DNA from: Camelus dromedarius
Lineage: Eukaryota
NCBI RefSeq assembly: GCF_036321535.1
Contig: NC_087436.1
Coordinates: 32,614,001 to 32,678,000 of the forward strand
Length of the DNA stretch: 64,000 bases
Reading direction: 5' to 3'
A program made the translations under genes and the position numbers. Shown here one piece after another: positions 12,941 to 26,400 of the stretch. The notes under the pieces were generated by a model. The model saw only the letters and a list, made by a program, of their open reading frames with translations, was not told the origin of the DNA and ran no database searches. Position 1 is the first letter of the stretch. Each line of letters begins with the position of its first letter.

Positions 12941-13039
12941 AGATTATTGGCTTTTCTGAGTAAAGAAACTTTCTACCAACACTCACCCCTCACTTACTGG
13001 CTTTTGAGCAATGAGCAGCCAAACCTGAGTTTGGTGACA
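12941..13039 (+). mobile_element. 3' terminal fragment of an ERV1-like LTR
   Basis: 'agtaaag...ttactggcttttgagcaatgagcagccaaacctgagtttggtgaca' resembles an ERV1 LTR U5 ending in CA. Confidence 0.5.
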
Positions 13040-13064
13040 TAAATATACTATTGGTTATATAGCT

Positions 13065-13225
13065 TTTTGAGGTTAAGAAGGGTCACACAGAATCATCTAT
13101 TTCAAACTTTCTCAGTTTATTAGATGAAGAACTGAGATTCAGAGAGGGTAAATGACTTCTGAAGTTTTTAATAGCAGGTGAATGGCAAAGCAGAGATTAA
13201 GATGCGATTTTTCTGATTCTCAGTT
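13065..13225 (-). mobile_element. MIR (MIR3/MIRc-like)
   Basis: 'agatgaagaactgagattcagagagggtaaatgact' antisense core. Confidence 0.6.
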
Positions 13226-13849
13226 AAATAACTTCTTCAGAAATTCATAATGCATTTTTAATAAACTATACAAAATGAGTTTAAAGGCACTTGACCTATC
13301 CATTATACCAGGGTCTATGTTAATGTCACCTAACATGTAAACATAGCTCATAAGATATTCCAATAGTATATATTTTATTTATCTAAATGTTGTTTTAGTC
13401 TAATATATACAATGTTTAATTAACAAAAACACTGCTTGACTTACTAAAACTGAAAGGATCTTATAAAAGGTATTTAGCTCCACATTTCCTTCAAAAACAG
13501 TGTATTTCAAGACTTTGAAATAATTCCTACTTTTATTCTCCTAGATTTGTCTACAAAAACTATGCATTAAACTTATTCTACTGAACGTTCTTAAAACAAA
13601 AGCCAAGTATAGAGAACAGAAAAATCACTAGTGTGAGCCTCCCTGTATATAGGCCTCCTGCCCTCCCCCTCTTTCTGAAGACTTTGTATAAAAACAGGGA
13701 GGGACGATAATATTTATGAGTTTATTTTTGTTGTAATAAGATGTCTTTGAGCTCTCAGTGACAAAGCACAGTGTAGGTTTATTTTCACTCGTGTTGGGGA
13801 CAACTCAGGCATCCTCTTTGGACAACTCTCTTTCTCAGAGGTGCATCAA

Positions 13850-14141
13850 TTATCTAAGATATTTTTGTGTGAATCTGCCATTTTGGAGTCCTTATGCCCA
13901 GGCTAGTACCTGGGGAAACAGAGAGAGACAGAGAGGGAGAGATTGAGGGAGAGAGAAAGATGTGTGAGAACTTTAAGGACCAGATTTAGAAATGGCATAC
14001 ATCACTTCTACTCACATTCCTTAGGCAAGAACTAGTCATATGGGCCCACCCTGATACCAGAGGGCTGGGACTTGTAACCTTCCTGTGTGTCCAGGAGGAA
14101 AATGCAAATAGTTTGATGTACACAAAGTATTGTCTTTGCCA
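13850..14141 (-). mobile_element. MaLR LTR fragment (MLT1J/K-like) containing a (GA)n tract at ~13920-13958
   Basis: 'catcacttctactcacattccttaggcaagaactagtcatatgggcccacc...tgtctttgcca'. Confidence 0.65.
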
Positions 14142-14481
14142 TAGTATATGTGTATAGAGATACAGGGTGAAAAAAATTGTTGCAGAGGGTTTTTTGTTTA
14201 TTTTTTCTTTTCCCTTCTGCTTCCTTGAGTGCCAACCTATAGATTCCTGGTACAGAAAATCATGAAATAGAGAGTAAAGACTTTGAGAAACGAAAAGAAG
14301 CCTGAAGCAGCAGAGCAGAATATTGAAAAGCAGGGTTTACCTTTAGTTTTCACTTGTGGTAAACCACAAATTAAGCTTAAATCATGTACAATAAAGGATC
14401 TATTGAAATCTGTAGCCATTAGAACAATCTGAGGTTAGAGAAGTTTTTTAATAAATAAACTCCATAAAACAAGGCTGAGAG

Positions 14482-14657
14482 CTGGTGATGTGCAGGCAAA
14501 CTTGCTGGGGAAGTACAGAGAGAGGCAGGAAACCCTGGTGTGGAATTTGCCAATTTCCATGGTGATGCTTCCACAACTGCCAACCTCAAAAAATTAATGA
14601 ATATTTAACAATGGACACTCCAAGCCAGACCAAGCCGGCGGCAGCAAACCACCACTG
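14482..14657 (-). mobile_element. hAT-Blackjack MITE (MER63-like)
   Basis: Right end rc 'cagtggtggtttgctgccgccggcttgg...attgttaaatatt' resembles the MER63 terminus; similar left terminus 'ctggtgatgtgcagg'. Confidence 0.55.
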
Positions 14658-14772
14658 AAAGCCTACTCCCACATTCAATTAGTGAAGCCCAGGAAAGACC
14701 TTCTATGCTTTCTTGTGTGGGCAATCAACAGCCAACACCACCATCAACTCCACCCCCACTGCAGCTGCCACC

Positions 14773-14960
14773 ATGTACTGGCTGCTTACAGTGGGCCAAG
14801 CCCTGTGCCAGGCATTTTATGAATACGTTTCTTCACATCCTCACAACCACCCTATGAGGTAGGAGTTGCTATTTCCATTTCATAAATGAGAAAACTGAGG
14901 CACTGAATAGCCTAAAGTCAAACAGTGAGTAAGTAGCAGAGCCAGGATGAAAAATGAAAA
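14773..14960 (-). mobile_element. MIR SINE
   Basis: 'cctcacaaccaccctatgaggtagg...aaatgagaaaactgaggcac'. Confidence 0.85.
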
Positions 14961-17900
14961 TCTTAGTATAGCCTAAAACTAGGAAAGCTTTGGAGCTAAA
15001 ATGTGTAGCAGACATCTTGACACCTGAGGAATAAAGAATCAGATTTAGAAAAGTTCTAAGGGATTTTTGATAATTTTTCAAATAAAAAAACTATCATTCA
15101 AAAAACTGCATTAATCATAAATAATATGTCCTATTAGTTCAGACTTTAGTTGTCATTGAAATTTGAGTGCCCTTAATATAGCTTTTAATTTTTTTAGGTT
15201 TTTGAAATATTTATATTCTTTTTCTTCTCTAGTTATTTTAATTTTTAACAAGTGAATTTAGAGACTGTGTATAGAAAAATGTCCTATATAGAATAATGTA
15301 TATAAAATAAATTCTATATTTGGACAATACAAAGTGAATAAAATAAATAATAAGTTTTGAAAGAAATAGTTAACAAATTAAAAATAGATACTGACAAAGA
15401 AATGAGATTTCATTTATTTGGAAAATGGAATAAACAGAAGCCAGAGTATTTAACCATATGCTACTTGATTTGTTTTCCTATTGATTCACTTATGATAATT
15501 TATTATGCAAAATCCATACACTTAGTGAATTATTCTTTAAGGTCAATGAGTATTTAATGTTCTGTGCAACTTTTAGCTAAAAGTCTGTATGTAAATCAGA
15601 ACCATCAGGGGGATAATACTTCAATTAAATTAATCCTTGTAACACACATACTATATGTTAGTGGTGTGATCTGGAATCCATTTTTATCATCAAAATAGCA
15701 TCTAGGATTTTAAAAATATTGGCCATTAAAATATATTACTTATTTCTAGAACTTGGGAAATTACATAAGTCCCAGGTCCCCATACAGATTGTCCACTTAT
15801 TTCCATGTACAAAGTTGCTTTATTAGAGAATGGTGTCTAGTTGTGTGTGGCTTTCAGTCATTTCCTTATTGCTCCATTGCAAATGTACAACCATTCTGAA
15901 GATGAGTTGTATGTTTATCTCACACAAGATTAGTTTCTTATTGCTTGAAACTTAATTTTGACTATCTGTTCAACATAATAAAGCGGATATTTTTATAAAT
16001 TATATGATGATTCAAGTGCAATATAACTGGTTTCGCTATGATTCTCACTTTCTAAGTGCGCTTGCATGAAGAATTCTGACTCAAATGTCAGAGTAGTAAC
16101 TTTTATTTCTTGGTCCTGAAACAATTTCTCCCTCTCTTTCTCCCACTGTCCCACGTAATATACAGCTATTTTGTATAATATTTAATGGTGATATATTTAT
16201 CAACTGGTAAATGTGGCATTTTGCTGCAGCTGAGAAGGAGTCAGAGAACTTTAAGCTATTGAAAGACATTGAAAAGCTGCCAGAATTCAAAGGTCATCAC
16301 AAGTCTCCCCTCCTTCCCTCCTTTCCTTCATTCCTTCATTAGTTATTGAGCACCTATCATGGGGATATGTGCGTGAATAAGATGAAGTTCCCATCTTTCC
16401 ACAGGTCCAGGGCCTAGCCCTCAAGTGTATATTGAGTTCCTTACTTCACCTGTGGGGAGCTTGTGAAACCTCTAGATTTCAATCAAAGTTATAAGTAGAA
16501 AGCTATTTATACTGAAGAATATAACTTCTGAGAGAGCAGAAATTCTGGTATTGACTGGTTACCTTATTCTCTTCTCAACAGAAAAGTGTTCTAGGTCAAG
16601 TTGAGATCAGACCTAGATGATTATAGCATGAATATGAGCCATCAGATGATCCTAAGGAATTTTGTCAAGCTCTGGAACTAGTGACATTCTTCACCAAATG
16701 GAACTAATTTTACAGGACACCCTCTTTCCAAAGTTTCCTCCTCTGATTCTTTTTTTCCAGAATCCATGTAGGCGACAAAGTGTGTCAGAATGGGGAGAAC
16801 TCAGTGGAAAGCATCCTTAGTGGTAAGGGATTTCTATACCAACTATTATTTGCAACTCAAACTGCTTATCAGAGGGAAAAAAGATGAATTCATTCATTCA
16901 GCACATTTGCCGATGTTTGCAGATCATGACTTTAGGGACTCGAACCCTAAAACATGTCCACTTTACTTTATGCGGACATGTTATAAATAATCACATTTCT
17001 TTTGACCTTACTTTTGCAGCCCAGGTCTAAATTTCTAACTGCCAGTTACACAGTGTTATCTGTGTGCACCCCAGGCATCTCTAACTTGGTAAGACACTTA
17101 GGTTTCTTCAATTCTGTCCAGCCTTAGGCTATCTAAGCTCCAATTCTGAAAGAATCACATTTATAAACCATCTCCTGGCAGGTTATTTCTCATCCTGCTC
17201 ATTATTTTATGTAGATGGAGAATCTTACTCATTTTGTAATGATTTCAAATGCGCAGAACCATTCATTTTAGAAGACAGAAGGCGCCCTATGAATAGTTCC
17301 ATTATTTATCTGAGGTCAATCTTTAATAGTTAGACTTTTAAAAGCCTTAACCTCAAATCTATAATTGTCATTAGGTACTATAAGCAATATGCAATAGCAT
17401 ACCTGATCTAAATATGAAGCCAATTATGTACTCTATGAAAAAAACAATAAACTGATTAAGTTTTTCTGTTATATTATCCTGTTCAACTTTCCAGATTAAG
17501 AATAATACACATGACTTTATAAGTTATCAGTTTACATACTCTTCATCAGTGTGCCATTATTTTTAATTGTTATAGCATTTTCTTATTAATCTAAAGTCAT
17601 TTAAACAATTCTTAATATATTAAATTAGATGATGTCTAAAGAGAGATTGTAAAGAATAATTGAAAAACCATAGGGACTATATTAGACAAGATGAATAAGG
17701 AATATTTAAAAGGTGAAATGTGTCTGGGGTGGTGTATGTGTATATGAGCACTTAGGTGTGTGTGAAATCTTTTTGCTAGGTACAGGCTTGATATTACACT
17801 ATAAATAGAAACAGTCCATTTAAAAAATCAGTCCAATGGAGAGAGTGGTATCATAGAAATCCTTATGTTGCCTGGATAATGAGGTGTTAGCTGAGACACT

Positions 17901-18234
17901 CTGAACAAATACCAACTCTTTTGGGGAAGGATCTGGACCAAGTCTTGATCACGCTTTGTTTAGAACACAAGTTGAACAAATGCCACCAATCTGGCTGATT
18001 CTGAGTGCAGTTTTTCTTAGCTTAGCTATAAAACACGTCTTCAGTCAAACATGATTCCAGCTACTTGTTCAGTTTTAGGCTGTGTAAGGTTAGTTGGCAA
18101 GCAGGACATCATCTAAATATGTTAAAAATCATGGAGAAAGTTATAAGAAAAAAGCCACAGTAATGTACTGTGGACTTTTAAACTGGGTGAACCTTTTGAC
18201 TTAGTATGTATACTTCTGTGAATGTAACTATTTC

Positions 18235-18658
18235 TGGCAGTTTTCATCCAGAGAAGCAGAATTAGTAGAAGATATATATTAAGAGATTTATTTCAAGGAA
18301 CTGGCTTCTGGGTGGTGGGGGTTGACTGGGCAAGTATGAACTCTGCAGGGCAGGCTATCAGCAATGGCAGGTTGTCAGGAAGGGCAGGCTAGAACTTTTG
18401 GGGATGCACGAGCTGAAGCTGTAGTTCACAGAAGAAATTTCTTCTCCAGGGAAGCCTCAGCTGTGCATTTAAGGCCTTTCAACTGATTGAGAGAGGTCAA
18501 CCCAGATTATCTAGGATAATTTCCTTTACTTAAAATCAACTGATTACGATTTTAATCACATCTATAAAATGCCTTCATAACACCACCTAGATTAGTATTT
18601 GATTGGATAACTGGGGATTGTAGGCTAGTCAGGTTGACATATTAAAAAAGATTAACCC
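18235..18658 (-). mobile_element. ERVL solo LTR (MLT2-like)
   Basis: 'taaggcctttcaactgattg...acccagattatctaggataat...caccacctagattagtatttgattggataactggg...caggttgacata'. Confidence 0.8.
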
Positions 18659-18659
18659 A

Positions 18660-18990
18660 GAGAAGTAAATCTAAATATAGAAAAGCTTTTTGCACAAATT
18701 TGTTTACTTCCACTAAAAAGCCTGGAAATGTAAGACATTGATTAAATTATGATATTTATATGAGGGATAGCATGTTATCAAAGTGATACTTTTAAATTAT
18801 AGGGAGGATTTTCTAAACTTTCACAACAAAAAAAAAATCAGGAGACAAAATATGTGATTATAACTTTTGAGAAAATGGATATTTAGCAAAATGTCAGAAA
18901 ATATATCTTGGGGTGGTAACACTATTGCTAATTGTTCTCTTTCTACATTTATATTTTTCAAATTATCTCTGAGAAATGTGCGTTACTTTT
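18660..18990 (+). mobile_element. Degenerate L1ME-like 3' fragment
   Basis: Weak similarity to old L1 3'UTR, ending 'ttactttttataatag'. Confidence 0.35.
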
Positions 18991-19388
18991 TATAATAGGA
19001 AAGAGTAATGTTCCAAAAATGATTGTTCTGAATTTTCAAAATATGCTGGATCAAGGATATTTTATTTCTATTAAGCCAGATGATCTTCTAAATTTTTTGC
19101 CAATAAATTTGTAAAGTGTTAATTAAAGATATCTAAATTTTTGTGCTACAGTCACTATCATAAATTAGGGCAGGAATATATACTTTACTTGGTGCCCTTT
19201 TAAGAAAGACAGAAAAAAAAATACAGGTCTCAGATTTGTACGGATTCTTCACTGCAAATGAAAAAAAGAAGTTTTCAGGCTAACTTAATTGTACAAATGT
19301 ATTCTGCTTTAATAAAACCTTCTGCAGAAAAGTTCAGAGTTATAACAGGTGAATTACTAAACGCATATTTTACTTTGTTAGAAGTGAC

Positions 19389-19441
19389 TAGGATTGACAC
19401 AACACTGTAAACTGACTATAACTCAATGAAGAAAAAAAAAA
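19389..19441 (+). mobile_element. Micro-insertion: last ~35 nt of the young L1 3'UTR plus A-tail
   Basis: 'attgacacaacactgtaaactgactataactcaat' matches the L1 ends near 3020 and 7050; TSD agaagtgac (19380-19388 / 19442-19450). Confidence 0.8.
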
Positions 19442-19616
19442 AGAAGTGACAAAGAATTCCTTGAAGCAGATTAAATATGTTATTGCAGACATGATCACAT
19501 GGAAAGGTTGTCTGCCCCTTTAGGATACTTTATATTTCATCTTTAAACGAGAAATGCACAGTACTAAACTATATACTCTGTATAATCCCAACTATGTTTA
19601 AAGTGTAGGATTGTAT

Positions 19617-19656
19617 AAGTGTGTATGTGTGTGCACATGTGTGTATGTGTGTGTGT
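19617..19656. repeat. Imperfect (TG)n microsatellite
   Basis: gtgtgtatgtgtgtgcacatgtgtgtatgtgtgtgtgt. Confidence 0.8.
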
Positions 19657-21194
19657 AATACAACAAATTATTAACAGAGATTATACATTGGTGGCGAAAT
19701 TATTGTTATATATTTTTTTCTGTACTTTATAGACATTTTATAGTGTATTACTGTTATAGTCATACAAACAGTCATTAAAAATAGTACTTAAAATTCATAT
19801 AACTTTAAAAAATGTGCATGAAACTTTTTAGGTATGTATCTGGCATGTGAAAGGAATCTGTAAGGTATTGTGTAAAAAAAGGCAAATGAGCTTGTTTGTA
19901 CGTGAGATGCAGAAAACAGTATGAGTGGAACTCAAGATTTCTGAAACAAAAACTGATAACGTGGTATATAACAATGTCTTGTAGATAAGTGTTCAATAAA
20001 TGTTGACTGAATGAAGGATCCCCACATGCCCTTGCATGCATGACATGTCATCTCTTTCCAATCCTACTGACCACTCTCCACTACTCTTTACTTCCCTGGA
20101 TCACCACACTCTTCTATTTCCCCTCCTAGGCTGAAAACTTCCCAAGAGCAGGGACTGCTTCAGATGTATTTATTGCTTCTGGTATCTAGCCCCAAACTTA
20201 GGACACACTGATATTCAGTGAAGGGTTGATGAAACAAGCCACTGTATTTGTCATTGACAAAATGACAATGAGAAATATGAGAATGTGTGTAAACATAAGC
20301 CTTTCTCCTATGACTGCTTTTTTTGTTTTGTCTTCAACATGAAGAACTCTTGTTCTTTGTTGGAATAATCAGCAGAAATGATATAGAAAGAGGCAAGAGC
20401 CCTGGGGCCAGACATAGTGCTAGGAATTCTTTGAAAAAGGGTCTTTCTGCCAGATTCTGATGCCTCCTCATGCCAGCAAGGACAGAATAAAGTCAGTTCT
20501 TCATTTGGGAGCACATTTGAAAAGAGTTCTCTTTACAAATTTTCCTTGGACTTTAAGGTAAATTTACATTTGCTTTGACTATTAGAGCAAAATAAACTCA
20601 ATTCCTGGTTGTCTACTTAAGACTGAAGAAAAAAACCCAGAAAATTTTATTGTGAATAAAGGCAAAAGTGATTGTATTTCTGTGATATGGGTTAGTCCCT
20701 ACTTTCATTTATCTCAAGGTGAGTAAGACTAAGAAGATACATTACAATTTGCTTTTTCCCCCCAGATTTCTCAAAGAGGAGCAAGCAGCCCCTTTAAGGG
20801 GAAGAAGGCAGCAGGACTCCAGGTGGGCAGTGTGGAGATGGGCTTCCACATCCCCAGAAGGTCACAGCACACGTTTTTCTCCGCTTAGCTCCATAGCTGG
20901 GCACAGGACCTCTAGAGTCAGGAATCTTCACCAGTCAACTGAGTAAATTTTGGCCCAGCCTAACACCCTCTCTCCTCCTACTCTTTCTACAACCAGTCAA
21001 CATATACATGAACTAAGAATATTCCTTCTCAATAAAGTTGGAGGAAAAAGGGGGGAAAAAACGTTCCTGTCAGTTCAAGTAATTAAGGCTCCTAATAGAT
21101 TGTACACATTTTTTAGAAAGGGAATAACAAATTACCCTTTTATTCCTCTGCCCACTCTTCATGGGCCCTTCCTCCCTCCCTCCCTCCCTCCCCC

Positions 21195-21645
21195 TTTCTT
21201 TCTTTCTGTCAACTGTTTACTGAACTCCTACTGTGTGTCAGGCATACTTCCAGACTCTGGGGATCCAGTTAAGGACAGGAACAGAACCTTTCCCTTCATA
21301 GAGCATACTTCATAGCGAGAGGCATGCACAAGAACAAATGATATGTAATATATGAGGTGACAAATATCGAGGGTGTGGGGATGGAGACTAATAGTGAGAG
21401 GGGTTGTGGTTAGGGCAAGCCTTTCTCATAGGAGACTTCCATGAAGTGAGGGAGCAAACCACGCAAATATTTAGGGGAAGGACATCCCAGGAAGAGGGAA
21501 CAGCAAGTGTAAAGTCCCTAACTTGGCATTGTGCAGTGTATGTTCACTGGAATATCAAGGAGACAACTGAGGCTGAGCAGGACTGGGAGAGACAGCATTG
21601 TAGGAAAGGAGTTCACAGAGGTAGAGACAGGGGACTAAATCATGT
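21195..21645 (-). mobile_element. L2 3' fragment
   Basis: 'ctgtcaactgtttactgaactcctactgtgtgtcaggca...ccaggaagagggaacagcaagtgtaaagtccct'. Confidence 0.8.
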
Positions 21646-21944
21646 GTCTGAGTGTGCATGCACTGTTTGTCACTGAGTTAAATGGAATTTTAGGTCTTGG
21701 TTGTTAGTTATGGTGACATGCATTTAACTCTGCTGATGAGCAACATATATTTTAAAATCAAAAGCACTGTGATTAAATCATAAATATAGGTGCAGATTTT
21801 AGCTTGCATAGTATTTTAAATGTAAGATATTTGAATTAGAATTGAATTAGAAGAAACTGTAGGAATCATCAAGAAACATCATATTCCATAGATGAGTCAA
21901 TCATGATTTAGAAAGAATATGTGTTCATAATAATATAGACAAAG

Positions 21945-22100
21945 CTTTAGCAGTCTGTGTCAAGCACTGTGATGAGTGCTGTATACATTTAATTCTCACA
22001 ACAACCCTGTGAGGTAGGCATTATTATCCCCATTTTTAAGATGAGGACATCCAGGCTGAGAGAAGTAAGTAACTTAGACAAGATTACAGCCATGATTCAA
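21945..22100 (-). mobile_element. MIR SINE
   Basis: 'tctcacaacaaccctgtgaggtaggcattattatccccatttttaagatgagg'. Confidence 0.85.
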
Positions 22101-23235
22101 AGGCAGAGGCAATCTTCCTCTTGACTGGCAGCAAGATTGCTTTAAACAGAAGCTCTTTGATGAGTAACATTTTACTTTTAGACACTAAAAAATGCCAGCA
22201 TCCAGACTTCTTGAGTTTTGGAACAAAACCTTTTTTTTCCATTGCTTGACTCCAAAGTCTGGGCTTTTGACTGCTATACTCTATTGCTAAGTGCTAACGT
22301 GTTCCAAGCTGATAGTTGGAATAGTTGTGTCTTAAACCACAAACCAAACTGTTATATTCCCAGTGTGGTGTCCTTTTCAGATGCCACCCTACTCTTTGAA
22401 CACCACCCTCCTACTCTGACCAGCAAGTCCTGGACCACTCTGGCAGGTGAAGGGGTGTTGAAACCTTTTCCTCTTAGTTGCTCCTGCTGCCACAGCCCTG
22501 ACTTCAGATCACCGGGTCCTCTAACCGAACCAACCATAAATGATTCCTTGAATTTTGGTCAAGGTCAACTTCACCCTTTTCACTTGCCCTAAATTATTTT
22601 GGATGTTGGTCTAGGAATTTTCCAAATTAAACTACACTGAGATTAAGGAAAATAATTCTAACAATAATTTTTTCAAAGAGTTATTAACTAGGGGAGAAAC
22701 TGGAGGAAAGACAGAAGACAGAGCACATTTAATGGTGCAGACCATACTGTTCTGCCAGAAATTCTTCCTTGTTTTTAATTCTTTTCTTTTCTCCAGAGAC
22801 AACATTTTAAAGAACATTCAGAAGGAAGACATAAAAGACTAACAACACTGGAGAAGAGAAATATGTGTTATCTGAACAGAATAACCTGGACCATCATTTG
22901 CAAATGACATAATAATCATCAGAAATGCTGAAACCAAAGAATAGCAAGTTATAGCCTTCCACAGTTTTCTTTGAGTTTTTGTTGTGTCTCTGTTTTGTTT
23001 TCCTTGTGGGAGAAGACCATTATGCACACATCCCAAAGGATTTGGGATAGTTGGCTTGTTCTTTCTCTGTCCACACCTGGCTAAATACTTCTGTCACTAT
23101 GCAGCTTGGGTAATACTTGAATTTATTGACCAACAGGGTGGGGGTATGTCAAAAGAATACACTCAGTCATTTTTCAGAAAGTCAAATGAGCAATTAGATT
23201 CTGAAGAGTTAGGGATTTTGAAAATTAGCAAATTG

Positions 23236-23402
23236 ACTTAGCAATACCACATCTAGACATCTATACTCAGGAAGTAATGGAAAAAGTAAGCAAATTTGTA
23301 AATGTAAAATTGTTCATTGAAGAGTTGTTTATAATAGCAAAAAATAGGAAACAACTTAAATGTATAGGGGAATATATAAAGGAATTAAAATGTTTTAAAT
23401 AT
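23236..23402 (+). mobile_element. Old L1ME-like fragment (host of the full-length L1; resumes at ~29673)
   Basis: 'gttcattgaagagttgtttataatagcaaaaaataggaaacaacttaaatgt', continuing as 'tagttcattcatttaatggaatat' after the insertion. Confidence 0.6.
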
Positions 23403-23409
23403 AAATTAT

Positions 23410-26400
23410 GAGAGTGATGTCAGCATTGTGGCAGAATAAGATGTCCTTCATTCTTGTCCTCCTGCCCCAACAATAATTTGGCATCCACCCATAAACAAAA
23501 GTGCCTTTGTGGGAGCTGAGGGATCCAGCACCAGCCAAAGAGGCTTGTTTCTCTCTAGTTCCAGCAAGGTACTGAATTGTGAGATGCACAACTGGGAGGC
23601 AAAAAGAGGCTGGGAGAAACAGACAGGACTCTTGGAGGGTATTAAAGGGATGCAGAGCCTACTAATGGTCACAGATTCCATCAAGAAGCCCTCCCATGAG
23701 CCACTGGGAATACCTCTATTGGGAACACCTCTTCCACAGATCCCACAGCTGGCCCGTGGGCACCTTCAGCACTCAGCATGCCTCACCCCCACACACCCCC
23801 AATCCTGTGGCTGGATCATTGTGTGCACATCCAACAGTGGTGATGACAGCAAGTTTTGGCAGATAGCTACTGAACATGTGCAGAAATCTGGCCCAAGTCT
23901 GTGGTCCAGGGAGATACAACAGATTTGAGCTTTAGTGCCAACTTTAGGGGGGAAAGGAAGGCTGTCAGTACCTGGCATGGTACATTTCAGGCTTGAGAAC
24001 AGGCATATAAGCTTAAGTATTCTGCCACAGAGACAGTAAGAAGCTTTGAGGCAAGTGTATCCACAGAAGGCCTGAGAAAGCCTCAGATTCACTAACAGGG
24101 CTGAGAGAAGGTATTTTGCTCCCAAAGGCAGTAAAGAGTGGAGGGTGTGACTACAACTTTAAATGTGAAGATAGCAATGCAAAACTTCAAGGAACATGAA
24201 TAAACTAAGGAAGTAAGACATCACCAAAGGATCACAATAGCCTTCCAGTACCAACCCTGAAGACATGGAGATCTGTGATTTACCCATTAGAGGATTCAAA
24301 ATGGTTTTAACAAAACTCAATAAGCTATAAGAAAACACAGAAAGGAAATTCAATAAAACCAGGAAAACAATACATGAACAAAATAAGAAGCTTAACAAAG
24401 AGACAAAAATTATAAAAAAAAAAAACCAAACAGAAATTCCAGAGCTGAAGAATACAATGAAAGAATTGAAAAATGCAATAGGGAACATGTACATCAGAAA
24501 GGGTCAAGCAGAAGAAAGAATCTGAGATAGAAGGCAAGAATTTTGAAATCTTCCAGTCAGAGGAAAACAGCAACAAAAAAAGAATGAAGAAAGCCTATGT
24601 GATCTATGGGATATCATCAAAAGAACCACCATGTGAATTATTGTAGTTCCAGAAAAAGAAGAGAGGGAGAAGAGTGCAGAAAGATTATTTAAAGAAAGAG
24701 TAGCTGAGAACTTCCTGAATCTGGGGAGAGAATGGGGTATCCTAGTTCATGAAGCTCATAGATCACCAAACCAAATCAACTTAAAGAGATCCTTTCCAAG
24801 ACACATAAAAATACAACTGTAAAAAAATAAAAAACAGAGAGATACTCTTAAAAGCAGCAAGAGAAAAGAAGCTTGTAACTTAAAGGCAACCCCTTATAAG
24901 CCCACTAGCAGATTTATCAGAAGAAACCTTACAAGTCAGAAGGGAGAGGCATGACATATTCAAAGAGCTAAAAGGAAAACAACTTCCAACACCAACCAAG
25001 AATTCTCTACCCAGCAAGGTTATCATTAAGAACTGAAGGAGAGATTAAGAGTTTCTGACAGAAGCAAAAGCTAAAGGAGTTCATCACCACTAAAGCAGCA
25101 CTACAAGAAATGTTAAAGGGATTTCTTTAAGCTAAAAAGAAATGGCACTAATTAATAATAAGATAATAAGAAAACACACAAAAGTAAAAATCTCACTGGA
25201 AAGGTAAATATATAATAAAAATAAGTGGATCAATCACTTATAAAGCAAGCATGAGGTTTAAAAGACAAAAGTAGTAATGCCAACTAAAATTATAATAATT
25301 AGTTAAGAGATACATAAAATTAAAAAATGTAAAATTTGTCATCAATAGTATAAAAGGGAGGAGAGTAAAATCATAAAACTTTGGAATGTCTTCAAATTTA
25401 AGTTGCTCCCAACCTAAAAACAGACTGCTATTAACATAGGATGTTATATGTGAACCTCACAGTAACCACCAGAATAAAACTTATAGTAAATACACAAAAG
25501 AAAATGAGAAAGGAATCTAAACGTAACACCACCAAAATGCAAGGGAAGAGAGAAAGAGAAGGAGAAAGGAATAGAGAGAAACTATAAAACAGTCAGAAAA
25601 TAATAAATAAGATGCCATTAATAAATCCTTACCTATCATTAATTACTTTAATGTAAATTGATTAAGTTCTCCAATCAAACAGCTTAGAGTGATTGGATGG
25701 ATGAAAACCAGAATCCAACTATATACTGCCTGCCAGAGATCACTTCAGCTTTAAGAACACACAGACTCAGTGAAGGGATGGATAAATCACACAATAGGCC
25801 ATAAAATAAATTTTAGGAAATTTAAGAATAAAATTATACTAAGTATCTTTTTCAATCACAATGGTATGAAATGAGAAATCAGTAACAGAAGGAAAGCTGG
25901 AAAATTCACAAATCTATGAAAATTAAGCAACACACTGTCAAACAACCATTGGATCAGAGAAGAGATCAAAAGAGAAATTTAAAAATATCTTAAGAAACAA
26001 AAATAGAAACACAACATATCAAAATTTATGGGACATCAAAAGCATTCTAAGAAGGAAGTTTTTGACAATAAATGCCTCATAAGAAACAAAAAAAGATCTC
26101 AAATAAACAACCTAACTTTACATCTCAAGGAACTAGAAAAACAAGAACTAAGCCCAAAATTAACAGAAAGAAGGTAACAACAAAGATCACAACAGATATA
26201 AATAAAATAAAGACCCCCCCAAAAAAATTAGAAAGGCTAAATAAAATGATGAATTGTTTTTTAAAGATATACAAAATCAGCAATTTAGTTAGGTTGATTA
26301 AGAATTAAGGAAAAAAGAGAGAAGACTCAAAAAATCAGAAATGAAAGAGGAGATATTACAACTGATAACACAGAAATCCAAAGGATCTTGAGACTACGAT

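Noticed and set aside
16223..16340. Protein-like frame AAAEKESENFKLLKDIEKLPEFK after a possible acceptor
   Set aside because: Weak splice sites, runs into an L2 tail, no recognised homolog
23509..24576. Cluster of 80-140 aa ORFs on both strands
   Set aside because: All lie within the 5'UTR/ORF1 of the dead full-length L1
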